In this document: positions 50,930-60,736 of the stretch, one piece after another
How the letters are laid out: every line of letters begins with the position of its first letter
How positions within the stretch are numbered: the first letter of the stretch is position 1
Assembly: GCA_964516435.1 (NCBI GenBank)
Contig: CAZEZP010000102.1
Span: forward strand, 246-64,245
Source: an uncultured Kofleriaceae bacterium
GTDB taxonomy: Bacteria; Myxococcota_A; Polyangia; HGW-17
Direction of reading: 5' to 3'
DNA: 64,000 bases
Position numbers and translations under genes: made by a program
Notes under the pieces: generated by a model
The model's database searches: none
Told to the model about the DNA's origin: nothing
Seen by the model: the letters and a program-made list of their open reading frames with translations, nothing else

Positions 50930-52255
50930 TCAATCCTTTCCAATGCGTTTCGGCGTACCGAACCGTCCCAGCCGGCGCCAGACGCCGTCGGAGAAGGCGA
51001 CCAGCGCCAGCGTGCCTTCGGCGAAATTCACGACGTACATCCCCGTCCCGCGGGACTCGGGGAAGAAAACGAACTCATGGGGCCCGAGGCCCACGCCGAT
51101 CCGCTGCACCCAGGAAGACCGTTCCGGATCCAGTTCCAGGATTTCCCCTTCGGGAAACGAGGTGACGAACAGTTTTCCATCCGCCCCATGGACCTGCATC
51201 AGACCGGGCTGCGAGGAGACTTCCGTGGTGCCCGCTGGCAGCAGTTTCGTGCGCGCCTGCGCATCCGTGACGACGTCGAACGTAGCCACGACGGGCGGAT
51301 AGCGGATGGCCGCATGCAGCCGCGATCCATCTGGAGAAAAGGCCAGTCCCCGCACCTCCGCGCCGCTCTCGTAGGGCCCCCACGGACTCTGCAGGTAGTA
51401 ACTGCCCACGGGGACGACGATATCGCGCCCCAGGTCGGGAACGTACTGCCATGTGTACCAGGCGATTTCCGACGCGTAGGAATTGGAAACGAAAAACGTG
51501 GAATCGTCCGCCCCAGGGCCGCGCACGGCGTCGTAGGAACCCACGTATCCGTTGGCATTGGGCGACAGGCGGGCATCGACCACCGAGGCGACCACCGGCG
51601 GCTCCACGGCGTAATCCACCACCGTCAGATACGGACTGTTCAGATGCGTCACCACGGCATAGCGCAGATCGTCGAAGGCCAGGATCCGGAATGGATCCGC
51701 CGCCAGTCCGTCTTCCTTCGTCAACTTGTGGGAAGAGCGGCAGTCCCGCGGCCAGGACGCGTCGCATCCGGCGCCGCAATCCAGGCATGTCACCTTCCCC
51801 GAGGCATCCTCATAGACGTCCACCCACGTCAGGGACGGCTCCGCACGCACGGACACCAGCAGACGGTACGCCATGGAGGAGCCTTCGGGCGCCGGCAGGA
51901 CGACCATGCTCCCCGCATAGGAGCCCAGCCGCACCACGGTGCGGATGAGCGTGTCGTCGAGTCCGCACACGAACTGATCCGGATTTCCCGGGTCCAGCGC
52001 ACAGGCGTTCGAAAGCGGAGCCGCCGCCATCTCATGGATGCGGTCGGCGTCCAGCGCCATGAGCGTGGAGCCGTTGTAGCGCAGATCGGAATTGCCATTG
52101 GTGACGAAGAGGGTCTTTCCCGAAGGGGAAAGTTGCAGGCCCGTCGGATAGAAGAAGATGTCCCTGGGCGGATCGATGCCGGCGATGTCCTTGGCGCAGC
52201 CAGCCAGTCCCGCCACCATCAGGAACAGGGAAAGGAAAGAAAAGGCTCGATGCAT
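50930..52255 (-). CDS. YVTN/beta-propeller-like lipoprotein
   Basis: Lipobox LAGC, FFYPTGLQLSPSGKTLFVTNGNSDL, RGLAFSPDG, MYVVNFAE. Confidence 0.7.
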   Translation of the reverse strand: MHRAFSFLSLFLMVAGLAGCAKDIAGIDPPRDIFFYPTGLQLSPSGKTLFVTNGNSDLRYNGSTLMALDADRIHEMAAAPLSNACALDPGNPDQFVCGLDDTLIRTVVRLGSYAGSMVVLPAPEGSSMAYRLLVSVRAEPSLTWVDVYEDASGKVTCLDCGAGCDASWPRDCRSSHKLTKEDGLAADPFRILAFDDLRYAVVTHLNSPYLTVVDYAVEPPVVASVVDARLSPNANGYVGSYDAVRGPGADDSTFFVSNSYASEIAWYTWQYVPDLGRDIVVPVGSYYLQSPWGPYESGAEVRGLAFSPDGSRLHAAIRYPPVVATFDVVTDAQARTKLLPAGTTEVSSQPGLMQVHGADGKLFVTSFPEGEILELDPERSSWVQRIGVGLGPHEFVFFPESRGTGMYVVNFAEGTLALVAFSDGVWRRLGRFGTPKRIGKD

Positions 52256-52328
52256 GAATCCACCTGCATCCTTTTTCCGGCCCACCACCCGCGCCGCAAG
52301 AAGCCGGAAACGGGCGGTTTGCCACCCA

Positions 52329-52640
52329 TCAGAAGTAATCCCCATTCATCGGGTCGTGCGAATCCCGGGAATTCGGGGAAAACGGCGCCGCCTGGTTGCG
52401 CATGTGCCGCCCCACGAGGAAGACCACGAACCCGCCCAGCGCCATGAGGACCCATTTCGCGTTGGGAGTCAAGCCCGACAGGTAATTTCCCGGCGTGCGG
52501 AACCAGAATCCGCTCTGCAGCACGTCGAACGAGAGTTGGTGCGCCTTGTGCAGCCCGTAGGCATTCCAGCCGGCCCACCCCATGAGCGCGAGCCCTGCCA
52601 GGAGCACCAGAAGTCCGCCGTATTCCCAGAATTCCTTCAT
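52329..52640 (-). CDS. small two-TM membrane protein
   Basis: Two hydrophobic segments. Start overlaps the glyS stop. Confidence 0.6.
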   Translation of the reverse strand: MKEFWEYGGLLVLLAGLALMGWAGWNAYGLHKAHQLSFDVLQSGFWFRTPGNYLSGLTPNAKWVLMALGGFVVFLVGRHMRNQAAPFSPNSRDSHDPMNGDYF

Positions 52641-54697
52641 GCCAGTGCCGCCAGGATCTTGAAGTCGGCAATCCGCCGCATCAGGGCATCGAGCCGGAAC
52701 AGCAGCGCCAGCCGGTTCTGCCGGATGCGCTCGTCGTCCGCCATCACCCGCACGCCGCGCTCGTCATCGAAGAACTCGTCCACGTCCTTCCACAAAGCCA
52801 CCATCTCCCGCAAGGCCCCCGCGTGATCCTCCCGCGCCAGACGTTCCTCGCACGCCTGCCGCACCCGCTCCACGGCCGCATGCAGGTTCCGCTCCGCCGG
52901 GTGCTCCAGCAATGCCGGATCCACCTCGTCCGTGGCACGCTCGGCCTTCTTGAGGATGTTCATGCGCCGGTACAGGCGCACCAACTGCACGAATTCCGGC
53001 GTGTCGGCGAGGCCCGCCAGCGCCGAAAGCCGCTTGCGCGCCTCCAGCGGCCGGTCGGCGCCCACAGCCAGAACGCTCTCCACCATTTCCTTGGGATGAT
53101 TCTCGCCCAGCAGGCCGCGCAGACGGTCCACCACGAACTCCTGCACCTGAACGGGATCACAGGGAAGCGGCAGCGAGGCACAGGCCTGCGCCACCATTTC
53201 CGAAAGCGAAAAATCCAGACCGGACTCGAGCAGGATGCGAAGCAGCCCCAGTGCCGCCCGGCGCAGGGCGAAGGGATCCGCGGAGCCGGTGGGCTTGAGA
53301 CCCGCCGCCACGCCGCCGCACAGCGTGTCGATCTTCTCGGCCAGCGCCAGCGCGCGGCCCAGATCCGTCGACGGCAGCGCATCCCCCGAGAACCGCGGCC
53401 GGTAATGCTCCTCGATGGCCTGGGCCACGGCCGGATCCTCCCCCTGCACGAGCGCGTAGGCACGCCCCATCTCGCCCTGCAGGTCCGGAAACTCGTACAC
53501 CATCTGGGTTTCCAGATCCATCTTGCACAAAAGCGCCGCCCGGTCGGCCGCGGCCGCATCCACGCCCATGCGATGCGCGAACCACGCGGCCATCTTCCGG
53601 ATGCGCCCGATGCGCTCCCACATGGTCCCCAGTTTCTGGTGGTAGACCATCTTTTCCATGCGGATGCGGCGGTCCTCCAGGCGGGTCTTGCGGTCTTCGT
53701 CCCAGAAGAAGCGGGCATCGGCCAGGCGGGCGGAAAGCACGCGCTGGTTGCCGGCCAGCGAGGATTCGGGGCGGCGCAGCGGAGTTCCCAGTACGGTGGC
53801 GAAACGCGCGGCCAGCCGGCCATCGGACTGCCGGAACCCGAAATAGCGCTGATGCTTGCGCATGGCGCTCAGGATGACGGCCTCCGGAACCGCCAGGAAA
53901 TCCGTGGAGAAACTGCCCATCACCAGCGTGGGATGCTCCACGAGGCAGACGACCTCGTCCACCAGCCCCTCGTCCTCGATCCACGTCAATCCTTCGCTGC
54001 GGGCGGCCTGCGCGAGCGCCTCCACGATGACTTCCCGGCGGCGCAGGGAATCCACCATCACGCCATGGCGCTCCAGCAACGCCTCGTAGTCGCGCGCATG
54101 GCCCAGGTCCTCGCCTTCCGGCGAAACGAAACGGTGCCCGTGCACGCGCCGGCTCGACTGCAGACCATGAGAGGAAAACTGCAGCAATTCCTCTCCCAGC
54201 AACGCCACGATCCCACGCAGGGGGCGCGAAAACGTCCACGGTTCGGCGGTCCAGCGCATGCTGCGGGCGAACGGCAGCCTGGCGATCCACTGGGGCAGGA
54301 TGCCGGCGAGCACCTGTGCGCTAAAACGCCCCGTCTCGCGCAGCGTGGCCGCCAGGCACAGCCGGCCGCCCTTTTCCGCGCGATGGGTCTCTTCCAGCGT
54401 GCAGCCCGCCTTCTTCAGGAAACTCTCACCGGCGCGGGTGAGCGTTCCCTCGGGCGTGAGCGCGACCTCCACGGGAGGGCCCACCAGTTCGGTTTCCAGG
54501 TCTTCCTGCCGGTCGGCGATGCCCTCCCCCACCAGCGTCAGGCGTCGGGGCGTGGTATGGGTGGTAATCGCCTCGAAATCGATGCGCGCGGTTTCCAGGA
54601 ACGACAGGAACAGGCGGGGCGCCTCCTCCTGGAAGCGCATCTGCTCGGAAACGGGGATTTCCTCGCAAAACAGTTCCACGATCAAGCGTTCAGCCAT
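52637..54697 (-). CDS. glyS: glycine--tRNA ligase beta subunit
   Basis: [71 protein letters not shown]. Confidence 0.95.
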   Translation of the reverse strand: MAERLIVELFCEEIPVSEQMRFQEEAPRLFLSFLETARIDFEAITTHTTPRRLTLVGEGIADRQEDLETELVGPPVEVALTPEGTLTRAGESFLKKAGCTLEETHRAEKGGRLCLAATLRETGRFSAQVLAGILPQWIARLPFARSMRWTAEPWTFSRPLRGIVALLGEELLQFSSHGLQSSRRVHGHRFVSPEGEDLGHARDYEALLERHGVMVDSLRRREVIVEALAQAARSEGLTWIEDEGLVDEVVCLVEHPTLVMGSFSTDFLAVPEAVILSAMRKHQRYFGFRQSDGRLAARFATVLGTPLRRPESSLAGNQRVLSARLADARFFWDEDRKTRLEDRRIRMEKMVYHQKLGTMWERIGRIRKMAAWFAHRMGVDAAAADRAALLCKMDLETQMVYEFPDLQGEMGRAYALVQGEDPAVAQAIEEHYRPRFSGDALPSTDLGRALALAEKIDTLCGGVAAGLKPTGSADPFALRRAALGLLRILLESGLDFSLSEMVAQACASLPLPCDPVQVQEFVVDRLRGLLGENHPKEMVESVLAVGADRPLEARKRLSALAGLADTPEFVQLVRLYRRMNILKKAERATDEVDPALLEHPAERNLHAAVERVRQACEERLAREDHAGALREMVALWKDVDEFFDDERGVRVMADDERIRQNRLALLFRLDALMRRIADFKILAALA

Positions 54698-55574
54698 GGG
54701 ACACCCCCGAATTCAGCAGCGGATAGCCGAGTTCCTCGCGCTGGGCGAGATAGGCGGCCGCGGCCTTGCGGGCCATGGACCGCACCCGCAGGATGAAGCG
54801 CTGCCGCTCGGTGACAGAGAGCGCCCCGCGGGCGTCGAGCACGTTGAACAGGTGCGAGCAACGCAGGGCCGCCTCGTATCCGGGCAGCACGCAGCCGGCG
54901 GCGAGCGCGGCGTCGCATTCGGCCTCGTACTGGTCGAACATGGCCAGGTGCATGGCCGTGTTGGCCACCTCGAAATTGTACTTGCTCAGTTCCCATTCGT
55001 CCCGGCGGTGCACTTGCCCGTAGGTCACGCCCGGCGCCCACTGCAAATCATAGACGTTATCGACATTTTGCAAAAACATTGCAATACGTTCCAGACCATA
55101 TGTCAATTCAACGCAGACTGGATTGCAATCGAAGCCGCCAACCTGCTGAAAATACGTAAATTGGGTAACTTCCATGCCATCCGCCCACACCTCCCAGCCC
55201 AGTCCCCAGGCGCCCAGCGTCGGGCTCTCCCAGTCGTCCTCCACGAAGCGGATGTCATGGTCCAGGGGATCGATTCCCAGACGGCGCAGGCTGTCCAGAT
55301 ACAGTTCCTGGGAATTTTCAGGACATGGCTTCAAAATCACCTGGAACTGGTAATAGCGGCCCAGGCGGTTGGGATTCTCGCCGTAGCGGCCATCGCCGGG
55401 ACGGCGCGAAGGCTCCACGTAGCAGACGTTCCACGGCTCGGGCCCCAGCGCCCGCAGGAAAGTGGCCGGATTGAACGTTCCGGCGCCAGTTTCGATGTCA
55501 TAGGGCTGCCACAGCACGCAACCCTTCTCGGACCAGTAGCGAATCAGTTCCAGGATGACGTTTTGAAACAGCAC
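54690..55574 (-). CDS. glyQ: glycine--tRNA ligase alpha subunit
   Basis: [71 protein letters not shown] start at 55574. Confidence 0.96.
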   Translation of the reverse strand: MLFQNVILELIRYWSEKGCVLWQPYDIETGAGTFNPATFLRALGPEPWNVCYVEPSRRPGDGRYGENPNRLGRYYQFQVILKPCPENSQELYLDSLRRLGIDPLDHDIRFVEDDWESPTLGAWGLGWEVWADGMEVTQFTYFQQVGGFDCNPVCVELTYGLERIAMFLQNVDNVYDLQWAPGVTYGQVHRRDEWELSKYNFEVANTAMHLAMFDQYEAECDAALAAGCVLPGYEAALRCSHLFNVLDARGALSVTERQRFILRVRSMARKAAAAYLAQREELGYPLLNSGVSHG

Positions 55575-55806
55575 GGGACCTCCTTGGCGTACCCTGTTGC
55601 GCATTCCGGGAACGAAAACAGCCCGGCGCGGCGGATTTTTCCCATGAAATCCCGAAAAATACAAGGAAAATCCAACCGCATCGCGATCCCGGCCGTGCGG
55701 CCTCCGTCCACCCCTCCTAAAGCACCGGCATCATGGAAATCGGAACGCTTTTCTGCTATCAATCGGCCGGCGGACGCTTCCGAGTCCGCACGAAAGGACG
55801 GTTCCC

Positions 55807-55965
55807 ATGCGCCGAGTCATCTTCTGGTTGCTGCTGCCGCTTCTGGCCCTCACGGCCGGCTGCTATGACAAGACCACCTGCTGCCTCGTGGACGGCGGTT
55901 GCGACGCCGGAAACGACATGTCCGCGGATGCCGATGCCGGCGGCGACGCCGATGCGGACCGCTGA
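55807..55965 (+). CDS. 52-aa lipoprotein with CC-x5-C motif and acidic tail (absent from ORF track)
   Basis: MRRVIFWLLLPLLALTAG-CYDKTTCCLVDGGCDAGNDMSADADAGGDADADR. AAGGA RBS and lipobox LTAGC. Confidence 0.7.
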   Translation: MRRVIFWLLLPLLALTAGCYDKTTCCLVDGGCDAGNDMSADADAGGDADADR

Positions 55966-56147
55966 CGCGCCCACGCGTCTCCCTGCGATCTCCCGCCCGA
56001 ATGCCCGTCCCAAGGAAAAACCCCGCGCACGGCCACGAAAGCCATTGACGCGCCAATGCATCAGCCCATGCTGCCGAAGTGATTTCTCGCCTGAATTTCG
56101 CATTTGCACAAAACATGAAAATTTGCTAGCAGGCTGCAGGAGGCGCC

Positions 56148-56510
56148 ATGACGAACGCGCACAAGCAACGACTTCGCGCACGTGCAGAAATCTTCAAGGC
56201 CATGGGGCATCCCTCGCGCCTGCTGATTCTGGACATACTCGCCGAACGCGACTGCACGGTCACGGAACTGATGCAGGCCGTGGGCGACAACATGAGCACG
56301 GTGAGCCGCCACTTGAGTGTCCTGCGGGCGGCCGGGCTCATCGACGGCCGGCGCATGGCCAACCAGATTTTCTACTACCTGAAGATTCCCTGCATCCCCC
56401 GCTTCTGCCAGTGCATCGACGCCGAGGTGCGGGCGCACCGGGAAGACAATGCACGGCAACCCTGTTCACAAGAATGCTTTCTGGGAGGTCCACCATGTCG
56501 AGAATCCTGA
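56148..56510 (+). CDS. arsR: ArsR/SmtB family transcriptional repressor
   Basis: AEIFKAMGHPSRLLIL..CTVTEL..STVSRHLSVLRAAGLI..R..NQIFY and a Cys-rich C-terminus. Confidence 0.85.
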   Translation: MTNAHKQRLRARAEIFKAMGHPSRLLILDILAERDCTVTELMQAVGDNMSTVSRHLSVLRAAGLIDGRRMANQIFYYLKIPCIPRFCQCIDAEVRAHREDNARQPCSQECFLGGPPCRES

Positions 56511-56734
56511 ACATCCTGGGCACGGGATGCCCGAAATGCCGCAAGCTCGAATCCAACGTCCGCGAAGCCGTCGATCGTCTCGGTCTTTCCGACGAAGTGA
56601 AGAAAGTCTCCGACATCGATGAGATCGTGGGTTTCGGCGTGATGATGACGCCGGCCCTGGCCATCGATCGCGAGGTCGTCGTCACCGGACGCGTACCTTC
56701 GGTGGAAGAACTCGAGCAGATCCTCCGGAAATGA
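56495..56734 (+). CDS. small thioredoxin-like redox-active disulfide protein (MTH895/ArsE-like)
   Basis: ILGTGCPKC..GVMMTPALAID.EVVVTGRVPS. Confidence 0.85.
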   Translation: MSRILNILGTGCPKCRKLESNVREAVDRLGLSDEVKKVSDIDEIVGFGVMMTPALAIDREVVVTGRVPSVEELEQILRK

Positions 56735-57258
56735 GCCCGGACGCGAAAACGCTGCCAGAAAAGTCCGGCAAGGAAACCGCCATGCAACGGCTTCGCATCG
56801 TGGCCGTGGTGGCACTGTTCCTGTTCATGCTCGGCGGAATCGCCACCGCCGCCATGCGGGAATACGGGAAACGCCCGGTCAAGCCATCCCTGCCGGCGAC
56901 ATCCGGGGATGGGACGGGCCCCGTGGCGGTGTATTACTTCCACGGCTTCCAGCGTTGCGCCGGCTGCCTGCGGACCGAGAAGATGCTGCGCGAAGTCCTC
57001 GAGGAAGCGTTTCCGGCCGAAATGAAGGCCGGCACTGTGGTCTTTCGAGCCGTGAACGTGGAAGAAATCGAAAACGTCGACATCGTGGAGCGCTTTTCGG
57101 TGACGGCGCGCCACCCCGTGGTGGCGGACGAGAGGCGCGGCCCCAACGGCCCGTGGAAGGAAATCGCGCGCATTCCGGGCGAAAAGGAAGAACTGCGGAA
57201 AGTCGTGGAACCCCTCGTCCGGTCCATGCTGCAGGGCGAAGCAGGAGAATCCCGATGA
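56731..57258 (+). CDS. ArsF-like thioredoxin-fold membrane-anchored protein
   Basis: N-terminal TM/signal and VYYFHGFQRCAGCLRTE. Alternative start at 56782. Confidence 0.75.
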   Translation: MSPDAKTLPEKSGKETAMQRLRIVAVVALFLFMLGGIATAAMREYGKRPVKPSLPATSGDGTGPVAVYYFHGFQRCAGCLRTEKMLREVLEEAFPAEMKAGTVVFRAVNVEEIENVDIVERFSVTARHPVVADERRGPNGPWKEIARIPGEKEELRKVVEPLVRSMLQGEAGESR

Positions 57259-57935
57259 CACTGGCGGCTCTGCTCCTCTCGGCGGCGTGGCTGGGCATCC
57301 TCACGGCCATTTCCCCATGTCCCCTGGCCACCAACATCGCGGCCGTCATGTTCATCGGGAAAACGGTGTCCAGCCCCGGCCGCGTGTTGTTCTCCGGGCT
57401 CATGTACACGCTGGGACGCGCCCTTTTCTATGTAATCCTGGCCATTCTCCTGGTCTACGGACTCCTTTCGGCGCCCCACGTCTCCCTGTTCCTGCAGAAG
57501 TACATGATCATGGCCATGGGCCCCGTGCTGATTCTCGCGGGAATGTTCCTGGTCGGCGTGCTTTCCCTGCCGGCGGGCGGCGGCGCCTGGACAGCCCGGC
57601 TGGCGGGACGCCTGGGCTCCGGCCCCGCGTCGGCCTTCGCCCTCGGCTTTCTGTTCGCCTCGGCCTTCTGCCCCGTTTCGGGCGCCATCTTCTTCGGCTC
57701 CCTCCTGCCGCTCGCCCTGCAGACTTCCTCTCCGGAAATTCCCGTGCTGGCCTTCGGCATCGGCACCGGGCTTCCCGTATTGGCGCTGGCGCTGGCACTG
57801 GCGCTGGGCGTTTCCTCGTTCTCCGCCATCTTCCATCGAATCACGCGGGCGGAACGCTTTCTGCGCCTGGCGACGGGACTCGTTTTCTTGGGGATCGGCA
57901 TCCATTTCACGCTGGCCTATCTGTACCGGATCTGA
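57255..57935 (+). CDS. ArsG-like / CcdA-DsbD-type membrane protein
   Basis: LGILTAISPCPLATNIAA, YTLGR, AFCPVSGAIFFGSL, GIGTGLPV, about six TM helices. Confidence 0.8.
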   Translation: MTLAALLLSAAWLGILTAISPCPLATNIAAVMFIGKTVSSPGRVLFSGLMYTLGRALFYVILAILLVYGLLSAPHVSLFLQKYMIMAMGPVLILAGMFLVGVLSLPAGGGAWTARLAGRLGSGPASAFALGFLFASAFCPVSGAIFFGSLLPLALQTSSPEIPVLAFGIGTGLPVLALALALALGVSSFSAIFHRITRAERFLRLATGLVFLGIGIHFTLAYLYRI

Positions 57936-58092
57936 GATTCCCCCGATTTTCCGGGGCGAAACATGCGCCACCCTGCGAAAAAAATGATTTCCCGAACTCC
58001 TGGCTTCCATCCAGCTTGCCATCCCCCGGAAATTCCGATATGGCTTTTTCGTCGCGCTTCGCGATTCAACCCATTGCAGGAAGGAGTTGCCC

Positions 58093-58725
58093 ATGAAAAA
58101 ATCAATGTTCCTCACCCTGGCCCTGTGTCTTCTCCCCTTCACCGCCCTCGCGCAGGAGACCGCCGCCGCGGACACGCCGCTGACGGCCGGCACCATGTCC
58201 CTGATGTTCAGTTTCGGCAGTTACGGCACCAACTATGGGCTCACCAACGGCGCCTTCTTCTCCGCCGCGCCCAATGAGGACATGGACCCCATGACCATCC
58301 ATGCCCAGTATGGGCTGGGGGGACGCTACTACCTCAGTTCGCAACTGGCCGTTCGGGGAACGCTGCTGTTCGGCACCACCAGCCACGACACGGAAGGCAA
58401 CGAGGAATCCTACACCCGCTTCGGGCTGGCCGGCGGCGCCCAGTTCCATTTCCTGAACTCAGGCAAGGCCTCGCTGTACGGCGGCGGCATGCTGGCGATC
58501 TACAGCGGCTCCTACTCCGAGGACGGCGCGGACGACCTGGACATCATGGGCTTTGGCGTCTACGGCATCCTGGGCGCCGAATACTACATCTCCAAGAACC
58601 TGAGCCTGGGCGCCGAATACACGCTGGGTCTCACCAAGGTGTCCGCCGAGCAGGGCCCCGTTGATTCCGACTACTTCGATTTGAGCATCCAGATGTTCTC
58701 GTTCAACCTCGGCTTCCACTTCTAG
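58093..58725 (+). CDS. outer-membrane beta-barrel protein
   Basis: Signal peptide, GLGGRYY, GILGAEYYISKNLSLGAEY, C-terminal NLGFHF. Confidence 0.8.
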   Translation: MKKSMFLTLALCLLPFTALAQETAAADTPLTAGTMSLMFSFGSYGTNYGLTNGAFFSAAPNEDMDPMTIHAQYGLGGRYYLSSQLAVRGTLLFGTTSHDTEGNEESYTRFGLAGGAQFHFLNSGKASLYGGGMLAIYSGSYSEDGADDLDIMGFGVYGILGAEYYISKNLSLGAEYTLGLTKVSAEQGPVDSDYFDLSIQMFSFNLGFHF

Positions 58726-58776
58726 CCGGGTTCCCCGAACGCACGCAAAGTTGATTTTGGATTCGATCGATTTTCC

Positions 58777-59436
58777 TCAGAAACGATAACCGAACTTGAG
58801 GCCAAACCAGGGGACGTCGATGCTTTCGCCATCGATGCGCAGGTGCGCCCAGGCCCCCTCGACGGCGAAGAGGAATCCGCCGCGCCCGCTGTACTGGACG
58901 CCGAACGGCACATACGTTCCATAACTTTTCGCCTCTTCCTCCCCGTCGACATAATCGTGCAGGACCCCCACCATGAGTCCCGTGTAGGGCGTCCAGGTCT
59001 TGCGCGGATTCTCCCCCCCGAAATGGTAGGTGGCTCCCGCATATTTCGTGAGGGGCCCAAGGCCAGCCTCCAACTGGATTCTGGGCGTCACGAAAGCCGT
59101 CACGGAAAAGCCTATCAACGCCGGCCCTGCGTAGTTGAAATTGATGGAGAACGGCCTTTCGGAACGCGGATTCCGGTATACCTTGGGCGGCGCAGGCAAT
59201 TGGGCCACCTGGGCTGGCGGCGCCATGGCGGGAATCGCGCAGGCCGGCACGCACGGGACGACCACGCAGGTTCGGACCTGCGGACAGCGCGAAGAGGGGG
59301 CCGAGGGACACGCGAAACGCCCCTGCGCGGCAGGCGGCGCTTCCACGATTTCCTCCGGCTCGGCCGGTTCTTCCACGATGACGGGGGGAGCGATCTGGGT
59401 CAGCAGCACGATGAAAATCCAGGATGCAGCGTACAT
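58777..59436 (-). CDS. probable outer-membrane beta-barrel with Cys/Pro-rich N-terminal linker
   Basis: Signal-like N-terminus, amphipathic strands, C-terminal FGLKFGYRF. Confidence 0.6.
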   Translation of the reverse strand: MYAASWIFIVLLTQIAPPVIVEEPAEPEEIVEAPPAAQGRFACPSAPSSRCPQVRTCVVVPCVPACAIPAMAPPAQVAQLPAPPKVYRNPRSERPFSINFNYAGPALIGFSVTAFVTPRIQLEAGLGPLTKYAGATYHFGGENPRKTWTPYTGLMVGVLHDYVDGEEEAKSYGTYVPFGVQYSGRGGFLFAVEGAWAHLRIDGESIDVPWFGLKFGYRF

Positions 59437-59710
59437 GGTCGTTCTCCTTTCTGCATGAAGCGTCTGAAATCGGTCCAGTGACCCGCAGCCATAATCTCCA
59501 TGCGCGCCACTGGAAAGCCGCCCGCGCTCCAAGCAAATCAGATGCCAAATTTCCAAAATCGGGGATCTGTCGTCCGATTTCGCGAAAAATCGACCAAACC
59601 GGCCGCCCGCGCCCCAAACGGGATTCGTTTTCCCCCACTCTTTTTGCGGTGCCCGCGACAAAACTGTCAGGGAAACCCGACACAGCGACCGGCCGCGGAT
59701 TACACACAGA

Positions 59711-60736
59711 TTACAAAGATTTCAGGACTCGCCGCATTTCCTCTCCGAAATGCGTCATGCTGGCGAAACGGCGGGAGGGATCCTTTTCCAGCGCCTGGAG
59801 CACGATGGACCCCAGTCGAGCGGGAATTTCGGGAACGAGGGTACAGGGATCGGGCGCCGGTTTGGATACGTGCGCCTGCAGCAGGGCCATGGGCTGCCCC
59901 TTGAAGGGCAGTTTGCGGGTCAGCATTTCGAAGAGCACCACCCCCAGATTGTAGATGTCCGAGGCTTCCGTGATTTCGAGGCCCTGCGCCTGCTCGGGAG
60001 ACAGATACGCCGGCGTTCCCATGGCCATGTTCTGGGTGATGGTCACCAGGGTGGAGGAATTGCGGAACTTGGCGAGGCCGAAATCCAGGATCTTGACGTG
60101 AAGGCGATCGCCCTGGTTCAGTACGTACAGGTTGGACGGCTTGAGATCCCGGTGCAGGATGCCGGCGGCATGCACGCGCGCCATGCCCTCGGTCACCTGG
60201 ATGGCCACTTCCAGCACGGAAGCCAGGTCCCGGGGCACCCGCCACTGCCGGACGTAGGCGGCCAGGGCATACCCCGAAAGCAACTCGAACGCCTGGTAGG
60301 CCTGCCCCGAATCGGCATCGAGCCCATGATCCATCAGGTGGATGACATTCGGATGCCCGAGCGCGGACACGGCCGCCGCCTCCCGGAAAAAGCGGGCGCA
60401 CGAATCGAAGACGGCATCCGGATTCTGGCCATACACGCGCAGCAACTTGAGCGCCACCCGCCTTCCGCTCCGGCCATCCACGGCTTCCCACACTTCCGAT
60501 GAGCAGCCGATGCCAATCAACTTTTCCAGCACGTAGTCTTTCACGTGCTGCTTTTCGCACATGGACTTCCCCCGGGGATTGACCTTGACCAGGCGGGAGT
60601 CATCGGCCTCGCAGAAGCGCACGTCGCTGGAATAGATCCGATGGCATGTCAGGCACAGCCGGACATAGTCCGGAACGTTCTGGACCTTGATGCAGGATGG
60701 ACACTTTCCATGGGAATCAGGCTTCTTCGTATTCAT
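59711..60736 (-). CDS. Hanks-type Ser/Thr protein kinase with N-terminal Cys motifs
   Basis: IGIG, VALK, HRDLKPSN, DFG, GTPAYLSPEQ, SDIYNLG. No TM segment. Confidence 0.9.
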   Translation of the reverse strand: MNTKKPDSHGKCPSCIKVQNVPDYVRLCLTCHRIYSSDVRFCEADDSRLVKVNPRGKSMCEKQHVKDYVLEKLIGIGCSSEVWEAVDGRSGRRVALKLLRVYGQNPDAVFDSCARFFREAAAVSALGHPNVIHLMDHGLDADSGQAYQAFELLSGYALAAYVRQWRVPRDLASVLEVAIQVTEGMARVHAAGILHRDLKPSNLYVLNQGDRLHVKILDFGLAKFRNSSTLVTITQNMAMGTPAYLSPEQAQGLEITEASDIYNLGVVLFEMLTRKLPFKGQPMALLQAHVSKPAPDPCTLVPEIPARLGSIVLQALEKDPSRRFASMTHFGEEMRRVLKSL

